Source of the DNA: a virus | Lineage: Duplodnaviria > Caudoviricetes | Virus record (IMG/VR): IMGVR_UViG_2907233695_000001 | Coordinates: 64,001-128,000 of that record | Reading direction: 5' to 3' (one strand) | DNA: 64,000 nucleotides | Shown: in pieces, positions 1 to 10,432 of the stretch | Position numbering within the stretch: position 1 is the stretch's first letter | Layout of the letters: each line of letters opens with the position of its first letter | Made by a program: the position numbers and the translations under genes | The notes under the pieces: model-generated | What the model was told of the DNA's origin: nothing | Database searches by the model: none | What the model saw: only the letters and a program-made list of their open reading frames with translations

Positions 1-431
1 TGACCCAAATCAATCGTCCACTGCTTTGTCGATCTTTCTCTCCATTCTTTAAATGCATGTTTCCTGTGTGATTCATATTCCTTTTTTGTGCAATTATTAA
101 CTTTCATGAAATGAGAAACTAATTCATCTAAATTTAATTCACCCTTTTGTGCAAGAATATTGGCGTAACCATGATGTTTAATCAAATGGCACGGTTTACA
201 AATTGCAATTAATCCTACAAGTTTCTGGATCAAGTCAGTCTCGTCGTATTCCCAAATTTCATGACAGTCAAGAACTACATTTTCAGCACCACATATTCCA
301 CAAGTTACTTTATATTTTGAATAAGTTTGTTTTCTCAATTTATCCCAAGTTTCTTTCGAGACAACTTTTCTGAGATTATTGTAAAAAGAAGTTTCTGGCA
401 CTAAATCTATTTCTAATTTCAATTTCTCCAT
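1..431 (-). CDS. HNH endonuclease-like protein (runs off the window edge)
   Basis: Read manually: MEKLKLEIDLVPETSFYNNLR...CGICG...DCHEIW...ICKPCHLIKH; GGAGGTG RBS. Confidence 0.75.
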   Translation of the reverse strand, partial: MEKLKLEIDLVPETSFYNNLRKVVSKETWDKLRKQTYSKYKVTCGICGAENVVLDCHEIWEYDETDLIQKLVGLIAICKPCHLIKHHGYANILAQKGELNLDELVSHFMKVNNCTKKEYESHRKHAFKEWRERSTKQWTIDLG

Positions 432-517
432 TTTTACACCTCCATCAATCTCGCTCATGTTCTCTAATGCTCTGTTTTTCATCATCATTTTTACAATGAA
501 ATCTGAATTTTAACGAC

Positions 518-733
518 TCAGTACTTCTCACCATTATCATTCAATATCTCTACAACCTGTTCAATCGGAACCTTGAGAATTGAGCAAAGTCTGTCGATGG
601 TTTCCAACGTAATCGACTCACCCTTTCTGATCTTAGCAAGTGTCCTCGATGAGAAACCATGAGATTCAATCAACTCTTTAAATGTCATTTCTTGTTCCTC
701 TAGAGTTTTCAATAATGGACTAAAATTAATCAT
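518..733 (-). CDS. XRE/Cro-family HTH regulator (YozG-like)
   Basis: SSRTLAKIRKGESITLETIDRLCSILKVPIEQVVE signature. Confidence 0.85.
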   Translation of the reverse strand: MINFSPLLKTLEEQEMTFKELIESHGFSSRTLAKIRKGESITLETIDRLCSILKVPIEQVVEILNDNGEKY

Positions 734-771
734 CTTATCACCTCAATAACCAACATAATTTCCATATATTG

Positions 772-800
772 AATATAACATGTTTACATGTGTAAATCAA
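772..800 (-). promoter_or_regulatory. Sigma-A promoter containing a 14-bp palindromic operator (TTTACATGTGTAAA, 783-796)
   Basis: Minus strand TTGATT-17-TATATT with extended -10 TG. Confidence 0.75.
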
Positions 801-878
801 TACGATAATTAATATTTTATATATTATTCATCTTTTATTTTTTTCATGATAAGAGGCATTGCTGCCTCATAAAACTTA

Positions 879-1556
879 TTACTTCATTGGTTTTAATTTT
901 AATGCCCTATACGTCATCAAACATGCTTCTAAGTAATCGCGTTCGTCAGATGTTAAATTTGTCATCGAATAAGAATTAGAGCGAGCATTAAGAAACCATT
1001 GGGGAATACTTGTTTCTTCTTCCTTTAGATATTCTTCAAATTTAGTTTTAATGATAATACCTTGTTTTTTTCTAGTATCTTTCCATTTCTGAAATCTAAG
1101 TAAATGATTCAATTGCATTAACAACTCAATAGGATTATTCAAATACAAAGTTTCATCTATATCAATAGGTAGTTGATATTGCATCTTTAGACGTTTCAAC
1201 TTAACTAAATCATCTTTATGCTGTTTCCCTTTGTCTGCTATGGCAGATAAATCGCCTATCATCGTTAACAAATCTGTTACCAAGTCGGCCTTGTTAAGTT
1301 CCTCTTTAACTTCTTCTGGAGCCTTCTCCATATATGCTGCTCGAATCAACAGTTCAGGATCGTTTCCAGTTAATTCTGCAATTGCCCTGTTCAATTCGTT
1401 ATTCGCAGGAGAAACCTTCCCATTTTGCAACTTACTCAAATAGGCTTTATCAACTTGGAATCCAATTTTCTTAAGTTTGTTCGATAATACTTGCAGTGAA
1501 AATGGAGACCTTGCTATATAATCCTTTATCATGTCAGCATAGTTCATTATCATCAC
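879..1556 (-). CDS. XRE-family repressor-like protein
   Basis: N-terminal HTH (YLSKLQNGKVSPA...DPELLIRAAYMEKAP); adjacent to four operators. Confidence 0.75.
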   Translation of the reverse strand: MMIMNYADMIKDYIARSPFSLQVLSNKLKKIGFQVDKAYLSKLQNGKVSPANNELNRAIAELTGNDPELLIRAAYMEKAPEEVKEELNKADLVTDLLTMIGDLSAIADKGKQHKDDLVKLKRLKMQYQLPIDIDETLYLNNPIELLMQLNHLLRFQKWKDTRKKQGIIIKTKFEEYLKEEETSIPQWFLNARSNSYSMTNLTSDERDYLEACLMTYRALKLKPMK

Positions 1557-1577
1557 CCGTTACATATCATACCACTC

Positions 1578-1669
1578 GTTGTATTTTTTAGTCAACCAAT
1601 GTTGTACGTTGACTACAACGAATATATGTAGTATATTAAATACAACAATCGTTGTACTAGTTTTACTAC
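1578..1669. promoter_or_regulatory. Four tandem operators GTWGTA-N7-TACWAC overlapping divergent promoters
   Basis: Copies at 1578-1596 (right arm GTCAAC), 1601-1619, 1628-1646, 1651-1669; rightward TTGACT-17-TATATT at 1609-1637. Confidence 0.8.
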
Positions 1670-1712
1670 GTTTAAGGGAAAGGAGATGAGAACAAATATG
1701 CGAACATAAATA

Positions 1713-1752
1713 CGAACAAGTGTTTGTAATTTCCAGCAAGTCATGCTATTAT
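1713..1752 (+). promoter_or_regulatory. LexA (Cheo) box overlapping a sigma-A promoter
   Basis: CGAACAAGTGTTTG at 1713-1726 fits the Bacillus CGAAC-N4-GTTYG consensus; TTGTAA-17-TATTAT follows. Confidence 0.7.
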
Positions 1753-1808
1753 ATATTCAACCGTTACAGAACAGCCCACGCCCACCAAAATGAATCGGAG
1801 ATGGTTAC

Positions 1809-2042
1809 ATGGAGCCGCAAAAGACACGAAGAGCATGGGGTAAACTCGAAATATACCTTGAACACCCTACCCAATATTACAGCCGTGAGGAAGTCATAAA
1901 AGCAGCTACAGACGCTCTCAATAGTAAGCTAATCACTGTACTCGATGGCGATATACATACGTCTGACGGACGCTGCTTTCCACTTATAGCGACCAACTGC
2001 AAATTGACATGGCTTGATGCTGTGTCAGATGATGAATTATAA
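1809..2042 (+). CDS. Hypothetical protein, probably SOS-inducible
   Basis: GGAG RBS; downstream of the LexA-boxed promoter; hairpin terminator after the stop. Confidence 0.6.
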   Translation: MEPQKTRRAWGKLEIYLEHPTQYYSREEVIKAATDALNSKLITVLDGDIHTSDGRCFPLIATNCKLTWLDAVSDDEL

Positions 2043-2088
2043 ACAAAGAAACCTGCTTCCGAATCGCCCACGGAAACAGGTTTTATTT

Positions 2089-2322
2089 TTACCATCTAGT
2101 TAAATCCACATTGCGTACTACTTCTTTGTTATTGTTTTTAGTATCCACTATCCGGTAACGATCAGCAAGGAAGAATGTCAATGCACTTTTATGGTTACTA
2201 GTTAATCCCGTTTTTATCCATGTCTCCATTTTATTAACTGGATCATAATTGGATAATCTCTCTAGACAGTACCTTTTACTCTTTGAATCACTCATTGCTC
2301 TCCCCAGCTTTACTTTTTTCAA
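2089..2322 (-). CDS. Hypothetical protein (likely start ATG near 2296)
   Basis: GGGGAG RBS; perfect sigma-A promoter upstream. Confidence 0.55.
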   Translation of the reverse strand: MKKVKLGRAMSDSKSKRYCLERLSNYDPVNKMETWIKTGLTSNHKSALTFFLADRYRIVDTKNNNKEVVRNVDLTRW

Positions 2323-2375
2323 TAACGTTTTTCGTCATTGACACACATTATAATAACGCAAAACGCTATTGTCAA
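2322..2375 (-). promoter_or_regulatory. Consensus sigma-A promoter with two operators ATAACG-N5-CGYYAT
   Basis: TTGACA-17-TATAAT on the minus strand; operators at 2322-2338 and 2353-2369; divergent XRE gene at 2470. Confidence 0.7.
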
Positions 2376-2469
2376 GGAATTTATTTGTATTATTTTGGGT
2401 ACGGCAATATAATTGTTTATGCTGCACTGATAACACTTCGATCTTAATTGGCAAATAAAGGGGATACAT

Positions 2470-2718
2470 ATGACGAAACGAAGAGTAGTCAAATCAAACT
2501 TAAAGGATTTGCTTCGAAAGCATGGAATAGATCAGAAAACACTACATAACATCTCTAAAGTTAGGGAATTAACTATAGGCGACATGGTTAAGGATGAAAA
2601 CAAGATGTTTGCCAGAGATAATTTAAATAGCATAATCAATGCTTTGGGTGTGAAGGATATAAAGGAACTTATAACCATTGTAGAAGTCGATGAAAAAGAT
2701 GATAAGGGAAAGAAATAA
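2470..2718 (+). CDS. XRE/Cro HTH regulator
   Basis: KSNLKDLLRKHGIDQKTL...TIGDM...IINALGVKDIKELI pattern. Confidence 0.75.
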   Translation: MTKRRVVKSNLKDLLRKHGIDQKTLHNISKVRELTIGDMVKDENKMFARDNLNSIINALGVKDIKELITIVEVDEKDDKGKK

Positions 2719-2752
2719 ACACAGGTAGATTAATTCTTCCTGTGTTTTATAT

Positions 2753-3277
2753 TTATATTGAAGTTGATGACGTTTGAAATAAGTCAAATAAGTCCATGAG
2801 AATATCCGAATTAGTATACGCGGCAATCGCCTTATCTGAGATACGACTCAAGAATGATCCAATATCTTTAAACAGCTCAACTGGATTCATAAACTTTCCA
2901 TTCGCATCAATGAGACCAAAATGGAGATGATTGCCCGTTGAGTTTCCGCTGCTTCCGCATTTTCCAATTGCGTCTCCCCGTTGAACAAAATCTCCAACGT
3001 GTAACTTTGTTGACTCGCTAAAATGCCCGAACACCATTTGCTTACCGTCATTTAGTTTTATGATGATCCCATGGCCTAAACCTTTTGATCCTTGCTCGAC
3101 TACTCGTGACACAACCCCACTTAGAGGCGCATAAATCGAATCTCCTGCGTTGCACGTAAAGTCGATGCCCGTATGAGGAATTTTATGAACTGAGTCTACT
3201 GATCCGAATCCTGCGCTTACAGTGCCCACAGGAACAATCATAGTAACGAATCCACTCTTACGATAAACCACTTCCAT
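2753..3277 (-). CDS. M23-family metallopeptidase
   Basis: HTGID (HxxxD) and HLHF (HxH) Zn motifs, GNSTG. Confidence 0.9.
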   Translation of the reverse strand: MEVVYRKSGFVTMIVPVGTVSAGFGSVDSVHKIPHTGIDFTCNAGDSIYAPLSGVVSRVVEQGSKGLGHGIIIKLNDGKQMVFGHFSESTKLHVGDFVQRGDAIGKCGSSGNSTGNHLHFGLIDANGKFMNPVELFKDIGSFLSRISDKAIAAYTNSDILMDLFDLFQTSSTSI

Positions 3278-3828
3278 GATGAACTCACCTCATGATGTCT
3301 TCTTCCTTCATAAATAATGGGTAGCAACGCAATCCGAACATTGTTATGGTCTCTTTGCTTATCTTTTGCAGTAGTATCATAATTCTTCGTACTATAATTT
3401 AGTTTTAGCTCACTGTACTCATCTAATTGAAAAACATGATAGTCAGTTATGTCGTACATGACAGCAGGTTTAAGAATATAGTCATCGCATATTTTCACTG
3501 CTTTTGATTCATCTGTCCCATTAAGTTGAAATCGTTTAATTGCTTCTTTAATAATATGCTGATACTTCGCCTTACCTTCACCAGCGATTTTACCATTGCT
3601 ATAAGTTGCGTTTATTACAGGGAGACTAAATACCCAATAATACTTAGCCCACCAATTCCAACCGTCTCGTATCTCTGTCACTGTAACTTTTACACTTTTT
3701 AGAGGTGGCAATCCTTCAAATAACCTATCGAACATATTTGGTTCGCTATTATGGAAATTTGAAAAATCAAACGTCTTTGATCTGATTTTAGGGTCTTTTG
3801 ACCAATATACGTCTTCACTTTTTCGCAT
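3238..3828 (-). CDS. Hypothetical protein
   Basis: 196-aa ORF with GGAGG RBS. Confidence 0.6.
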   Translation of the reverse strand: MRKSEDVYWSKDPKIRSKTFDFSNFHNSEPNMFDRLFEGLPPLKSVKVTVTEIRDGWNWWAKYYWVFSLPVINATYSNGKIAGEGKAKYQHIIKEAIKRFQLNGTDESKAVKICDDYILKPAVMYDITDYHVFQLDEYSELKLNYSTKNYDTTAKDKQRDHNNVRIALLPIIYEGRRHHEVSSSWKWFIVRVDSLL

Positions 3829-3846
3829 AGTAGCCTCCGCAAAAGA

Positions 3847-4898
3847 TTATTTGTTTTCAACCACCAGTCCGATTGATTTTAAATATTCAATTTGAGCATC
3901 CGTTATCAGCAAAATGTCTTCTATTGTGTACAACTTTCCTTTATTCTTCAAATAATCTTGAATAAACTCTGCTTCTTCGAGTTCATCTACTTTCACTAAG
4001 ATCACTTCTCCTTGAACAATGTTGTGTACCAAACACTCCTTAACTTATAAGGAAAGACGAGTTTCATAAGCTTTTAAAAATTTCAGTAAGATCAATGGCA
4101 TCTTCAAATGCAATCTCATGAATATAGCATTCTCCAGAAACAACTTCGCCATTGTTCCTGATTTCAGTGCATACAATACCTCCACCTGAATATCGAAGCG
4201 GAATAACTATGATATTATCGCATCTTGGCAATTTTAAAATTTTCATACTTACCTCCAGTTGAATCACAAATTTTAAGCCGATTTAACTAATTTACTTTTA
4301 ATCTGCTGTAACGATAAATCTTTAACCATTCTACAGTAATAATCAAAACTGCTGGAATTCAAATCTTCGACTGTTATAAGCTCATCTGTATAGTTGTCGA
4401 TGATATCAACTTTGAATCCATTCGGCTTTTCAAAAATTACAAAAGTTACATCAGCGTAGTAATCATGCTCATCAAGGATTGTTTCTGCTGCATCTGCTGT
4501 TATGTATTCACTGTTAGAAATAATCCGCTTAAGTAAATAGTCTCTTTCAATAAATCGAATCCTCTTGGCATTTTTCACGTTTTAAATCCTCCCATATTCC
4601 TTTTTAGCGTCATTGACTGCCCACACAATACCAACCATTACAGCAAGCCATAGGATCGAACCTAACGCTTTCCACCAAGTTGAATCTATAAAGTCCATAC
4701 ATCGGCCTCCTCTTTATATGTATCCCGTTCCTCTTTGGTGTGGAATACGCTTAATATAGAACTACGATAAGTTTTTACACGTTGCTTTCCGTTAATAAAA
4801 ACAGAAGCCAAGTATTTTTCTTGCTCTGGATAATAATCCTTAATGATTGCTTTACCCAAACCATTAATCCAAACTGCTTGATTCTTTGCGAAGATCAT
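3847..4898 (-). CDS. Run of small hypothetical ORFs (3847-4032, 4064-4267, 4273-4578, 4582-4698 single-TM, 4686-4898)
   Basis: Each has an RBS; tightly packed and co-oriented. Confidence 0.65.
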
Positions 4899-4936
4899 TT
4901 TTTGTTGTCCTCCTGTTATATGATAAATCGAAGATT

Positions 4937-5425
4937 TTATCGAGGTAAATCACGAGAAAAGACAGACCCACGCTTAGGTGCTGCTACTTCTTCTGGAGCA
5001 ATCCCTTTACCTACTACACTCAAACGGCCTTCATCGTACCATTGCCCATCACGAGGCTTACCATCTTTATCAACTGGAGGTTCTACCCAATATTGATTAC
5101 AATTATGAAGGTTTTCAATTACCACTAATACCTTACCTCGAAAACCAGACACTTTATCCTGAACTTCTGTACCCAGAGGAATAGCATATATTTTTTGATA
5201 TTCATCTTCTCCATGCACTGCTTTAGAATCATCGACAATTTCAATTCTAGACTCATCAAAATACTCCGTTTTCTTGGGTGTTCCATCTGATGCTAATTCT
5301 TGAGGTGCTATGCCATATTGAGCACATCCGAACAAATGAGCGTTACGAGCAATAATAATACCTTCAAATCCAGATACACTGTCTTTAGCTACTACGTTCA
5401 TTGGATAATTAAATTTTGTTTGCAT
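4937..5425 (-). CDS. Protein with two tandem SH3-like repeats
   Basis: KDSVSGFEG...GCAQY...DG...YFDESRI and QDKVSGFRG...NCNQY...DG...WYDEGRL; AGGAG RBS before ATG 5425. Confidence 0.7.
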   Translation of the reverse strand: MQTKFNYPMNVVAKDSVSGFEGIIIARNAHLFGCAQYGIAPQELASDGTPKKTEYFDESRIEIVDDSKAVHGEDEYQKIYAIPLGTEVQDKVSGFRGKVLVVIENLHNCNQYWVEPPVDKDGKPRDGQWYDEGRLSVVGKGIAPEEVAAPKRGSVFSRDLPR

Positions 5426-5478
5426 TGTAGTCCATCTCCTAGTTTTTATTTTGTTATGATTAAAAAAGCTGCTCTTTA

Positions 5479-8400
5479 TCAAAATTCCTCAATTGAGACC
5501 AATTCATAATTACAACAATTTTTAATCGCCTCGGCTTGAGCAAGAATTAATGCTTCTTTCTCACAAAATGCATAAACTGTAGTCGTCCATCCAATCAATC
5601 TCACTTCATATTTCTTAGGTTTCATTTTTCATCTCTCCTGCTATCGAATAAAATTGCTTTTTCATTAGTTCAATCTAATCACATGTTGAGTCTTACACTT
5701 TTTACATTCTACATAGAAAGAACCAATATATTCCCAATGATGTTGATGCAATAACTTACAAATTAACTGTTTCAATTTTCAAATTCCCCTTTGCTTCAAT
5801 ACTTCTGGCCTCATACTCTGCATCCGTCTCGCTGTTATAGCAGGTTTTACATTCATCATAGAAACCAAAATGAACCTCTCCACAATTGCTACAGACTTTA
5901 AATTCAACCTCTACCATGCACACTCAACTCCTATGCATAATTTAGTTTTCAACTTGCCTGAGCCAATCCTAGAGCCTCTAAGACTTCATCATAGATACCA
6001 TTGTCATAGATAAACTGATTTACATGTTCAACTTCTTCATTGGTGAGCGAGATTTCAAAAGCCTCCGTACCTTCAAGCAGTGCCGTTATGATGATTTCAC
6101 CATCTGGATCATAAACCAGATTCAAAATAGTCACTACGTTAACACCAATCTCAGCAGCTTCGGCCTGAGTCAATTGCACATCTAACAATACTTCAACGAA
6201 TTCCTCTGACTTTAACACCATTACCAAACCTTTTGCTTTCATGTTCAAACACTCCTCTTGATGTTATTAGAGTAAAGATTGGTTTCCAGTTAGGCGAGTA
6301 ACATTTGGGGCAAACCATCGTTTTCTCTTGATACTCCGCAAAGGTAAATTGAGAATTACATCTTTTACATTCTTTTTTACACATTGTCATATGTATTGGT
6401 TCATCTCCTGTTTTATAGGATATTATATGCACTGGCCTATATTCATGTTACAATTCAATTCATATATTTTTCTTTTATAACTTTTGCAATGGCCTCGTTA
6501 ATCTTATACGTATCATAACCGATGTGTATTTCGTAAATAGTGAAATTGCTGTATGCAGGAAATTTGCGTGATGTAAGCTTGAATGGTTCGCCTGATCTAA
6601 TCCGCTGCAATAGTTCTTGAGTGGTTATTCCAGACACATAAATCAACTCCTCGCAAATTGTTGCTCCTTATTGATAAAGTCAATCATGTTATCAATAGCC
6701 TCGCTTCTAGACTTACCAAAAGCCACTCTGCCAAACAAATCTTCAACCACCCACATAAAGCCACGTTGATAAATTGAAAAATTCTCTTTTTGTTTGTTGC
6801 CGTTAATAATTTCTTGAAAGTCAAATTCACTGCCCATGTTTATCTCCTCCATTCCACAATTTAATCAATTCATGCTAAATGCTACAACTAAATACATCTT
6901 GTTATCAATAGTAAAAACTACTGTTCGGATATTTAATACATCGGAAATAACATAAGAATTTAATTTGGCATATAGATTAATTTTTCATCCCTGCTTTCCT
7001 TGTGATTCAGTGGCATAAATTCCAGCCACCCGTTTGTGCCTAGCTAAAACTTTTCATTGTCTCATAGTCTCATCTCTCCAATGGTTTATGCTTTATATAA
7101 ACAAGAAACATTATCGAGCCATTCTCAATCTTTTGAACATCATATACATTCATTAATTAATCCATTAGAATATTTCTAACTACAAACATTTAGTTTTTCC
7201 TCCATATATTATCCCTAGTAAATCCATAAAAAACCCACAAGAAGAACCAAGCCGCTGTTACTGACGTTCCAATTACACCTAGGTTTACATTTTCTAATAT
7301 GCCAGCTAAAGATACATAAGAAAATAACAATCCGAAAGACAATGAGAATATCTGTATTAGTAACATAAATATTTTTACTGCAATATGCTTATTTTTCATT
7401 TTTAACCTCGTTCAAAAGGAGTCATCGATTCAAGTCCATATACATTTCGTTTGCCATTAACGACATTGCTTCTGTGTTATTAGAAATAAGCATCATCATA
7501 AATGTTTCGTACACCTTTCTATATTCTTCTCCAGTTAAACCCTTACGATTTGCAACCTGTCTAAACTCTCCAAGTAAAGCACGTGCTTTCGCATCATTGT
7601 TTAAAACATCGATTACTTTTTGACTAATCATTTTAGACACCATCCCCTCGAAATACTTCTTTTATTGTACTTCTTTTTCCAGTTGCTCAAGTTGTTCTGC
7701 AATAAAATCAATCTGCTCCTGTGTCCAATCATCATCATATTGCCAATCATTCATTCTTAAGTTTACCTCCTCATGAAAGAATCCTTTTATCGTCTTTTTT
7801 CTAATTCTACTCGTGTTATGTCTTTTTCATTAATTCCATGTTCCTTTGTTGCTTTTTTAACTGCGTATTTTTCATCGTTAGCTATAATCCGAGTAAATAT
7901 CTCCTTACCGTTTGAAAGAGTATGGTAAACTAAATAGAAAGGTTGCGCCGTTAATCCGTTCATTTTACTTCATCTCCTTTTAAAATATTCAATTCATCAG
8001 AACCATTTGCCATAATAGTGTTCATCCTGCTTTTTCTTTGATAAGGTGTTACATTGATTTTGCTCATCTTTCAATATAATCTCTTTATCATCTTCATAAA
8101 CAATCTCATACAACTGACCCTTTGTAAAAATTATAGAAATGCAATCTTCTACACACATTAGGTTTCGTTTTTTTGATTTATCCTTTTTAATTTCATCTAA
8201 GTGATTAATTAAAAAGTCTTTACCCTCAATTGAAAGATGAATATTTTTCATTAGTTTATCAATCCTTTCTCAATCATCCATTGTCTTGTATTGCTTGAAC
8301 AGTGGTCATAAAACCCTTTTTTAACAATCCACTTTCCAGCATCAATCATATTATCAAATGTTTTTAAAACTTTCGCCGCTACATTTGAACTACCAGTGTA

Positions 8401-8490
8401 GTAAGTGTTTTGTTTAACTTGAATTTTTCTACTACCTGAAGTATTTTTTTGACTAGACTCCTGAAAAAATACAATCACTTTGTTTTCCAT
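5479..8490 (-). CDS. Array of small hypothetical ORFs (5479-5625, 5949-6248 acidic, 6193-6432 CxxC, 6455-6646, 6643-6852, 7190-7399 2-TM, 7422-7643, 7662-7754, 7787-7963, 7997-8251, 8251-8490)
   Basis: Co-oriented, mostly with an RBS; many end in the 18-bp palindrome. Confidence 0.65.
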
Positions 8491-8547
8491 TTTTGAAAAT
8501 CCTCCTCATCGAATGAAAATATAGTTTCATTACCATTTGTTACCTTA

Positions 8548-8576
8548 ATATTAGCACGTTTACATATATAAATCAA
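8548..8576 (-). promoter_or_regulatory. Sigma-A promoter with the 14-bp operator (8559-8572) driving the small-ORF array
   Basis: TTGATT-17-TAATAT; TTTACATATATAAA. Confidence 0.7.
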
Positions 8577-8716
8577 TATGTATTTTCTATATTTTACTTA
8601 ATTTATTTTCTTTATTCATATTAAAAATCCCACATATCAATTATTCATTGATACATGGGATCATGTTTTAAATTTAAATATAAACGGCAACTAGTAACAT
8701 CCCTTTCGACTGTTGG

Positions 8717-8869
8717 TTACATGACCAGCATTATTCTAATGTTTCCTTGTTCAAAACGCTTATCTTTCTCTGCTTTGCTAATTGCTTTCTGAGGATCAAT
8801 ACCCCATTCAATAAGTTTATTCATCAGCATTTCCTTTGTAAAAGCTCCTTTGCCAACAACAAGAAACAT
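8717..8869 (-). CDS. Small hypothetical protein (50 aa) downstream of the toxin
   Basis: MFLVVGKGAFTKEMLMNKLIEWGIDPQK...; AAAGGAG RBS. Confidence 0.55.
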   Translation of the reverse strand: MFLVVGKGAFTKEMLMNKLIEWGIDPQKAISKAEKDKRFEQGNIRIMLVM

Positions 8870-8897
8870 ATAATCGACTCTCCTTTTAAATTTTTAT

Positions 8898-9299
8898 TTA
8901 TACACAAGCAGCAACTTGTTTTTCTGGAATATAATTAAACAATCCAAAACTAATCATAAGAGCCTCATCAACTTTAGTCATATCTCTTGTACTAACAACT
9001 GCGTCTAGTTTATGTAATACTCTTCCCTTATCTACAAATCTGCATTGTTCCAAAAGCGCAATGCTGCTTTCTTTTAAATTTAGATTAACATGAGTAGGTA
9101 ACATTTTTTTAACCTTCGAAGTAATAGGACAAATGCCCACAACTGGTGAAAATCTATTTCCAATGTCATTAGAAACAACTAGACATGGCCTCAATCCTTT
9201 TTGTTCAGCTCCCACAGCGAAGGTTAAGTCGCAAAGCACAATATCTCCACGTTTGATTTCTAATTGATCCATACTTTTCACTCCTATATCTAAATTCAT
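8898..9299 (-). CDS. mazF: PemK/MazF-family endoribonuclease toxin
   Basis: IKRGDIV..DL....G.EQ.G.RPCLVVSNDIGNRFSP...PITS...LEQ.R.VDK.R signature. Confidence 0.9.
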   Translation of the reverse strand: MNLDIGVKSMDQLEIKRGDIVLCDLTFAVGAEQKGLRPCLVVSNDIGNRFSPVVGICPITSKVKKMLPTHVNLNLKESSIALLEQCRFVDKGRVLHKLDAVVSTRDMTKVDEALMISFGLFNYIPEKQVAACV

Positions 9300-9318
9300 A
9301 TTTTATGTTTATAATCAC

Positions 9319-9362
9319 ATTATACTGTTCCAATTAACCAAACACAAGCGAACATTTGTTTT
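9319..9362 (-). promoter_or_regulatory. Sigma-A promoter with an adjacent LexA-like box
   Basis: TTGTGT-17-TATAAT; CGAACATTTGTTTT at 9349-9362. Confidence 0.55.
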
Positions 9363-9585
9363 ATTTCCAACTTGTCAATACTATTTTCTGTTATGAAAAT
9401 CCATCTTGAAATATGCTCCATTTTATGGTATCGGCATCATCAATCACACCCCTTTGTATATCTTATTTATACCCAGTTTGTACATATGCTAATCATTTAA
9501 TCATTAAATTATAATCATATTTTCATTTTTAAGTAATAAAAAATCACCTCCAGCTTGCGGAGATGATCCTAAAGAAATCTACATT

Positions 9586-10432
9586 TTATGCTATGTCCGA
9601 ATCTCCAATTTCAAAAATAAAACCTTTGGATAAGCCTTCAGTTACTTTAACTTTGATTTTTTCACCTATGCTAACTATTTCAACTTCATCAGATATTAAT
9701 CCGATATAAGGGAAATCATGAGCATAAGCGAGACAAACCTTTTGACCAACTTCAAGCTTTTTCATTTGTATACAACTCCTTTAAATGAGAGTATGAATCA
9801 GTCATTTTATTGGAAAATCTCTTCAATGTCTTCTCTTTCGTTAATTTGCTCAAGAATGAAATCTAAGCCCCACTGAGATACTTCTTCATCGGACATCTCT
9901 TTAGGATCAAGCTTTCCAATACCTTCAGATAAGGTTTTTTCTAACATGTACTTTCCGTATTCCAGAGTTGTGTATTTATCTCCATCGATAATAAAACTTC
10001 TCATTTTCTTTCCCTCCATTTCACACAATAAAATAACCCTTTTATTTGGTAATAATATCCCAAACTAAATTAAATAAGCCTCGCTCAAACATAATGCTCT
10101 TGTACTCTCGCCATTCAGTATACGAAGTTGTGATACCCAATTTCGCTTTGTGATAACTGGTTTTAGCCTTAACAAAGAGTTCTTCATTGCTATATTCCAT
10201 ACTCAGCCCTCCAATCCTTTTCTTGTTCTGCTGCTTCTGATTTGCTTGCAACATAAATTGCGTCACCTATTTGGTTTCCTTCATGATCCTTCAACTGAAC
10301 AACCCACGAGCGTGTTCCTCTGTCGTACCATTTATCAACTTTAGCTGGTTTTTGTTCAGTATCTTCTAGTGAGAAGTTATATTTAAACTTTTTCATTTCG
10401 ACACCTCCTATGTATTTCCTTCTTGACTCCAT
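9586..10432 (-). CDS. Four small hypothetical ORFs (9586-9765, 9807-10028, 10042-10266, 10190-10432)
   Basis: RBS present; three stop codons lie inside the 18-bp palindromes. Confidence 0.65.

Noticed and set aside
9410-9495. Sigma-B/F-like promoter (GGGTAT) with an 18-codon ORF
   Set aside because: Poor -35 match and ORF too short to support
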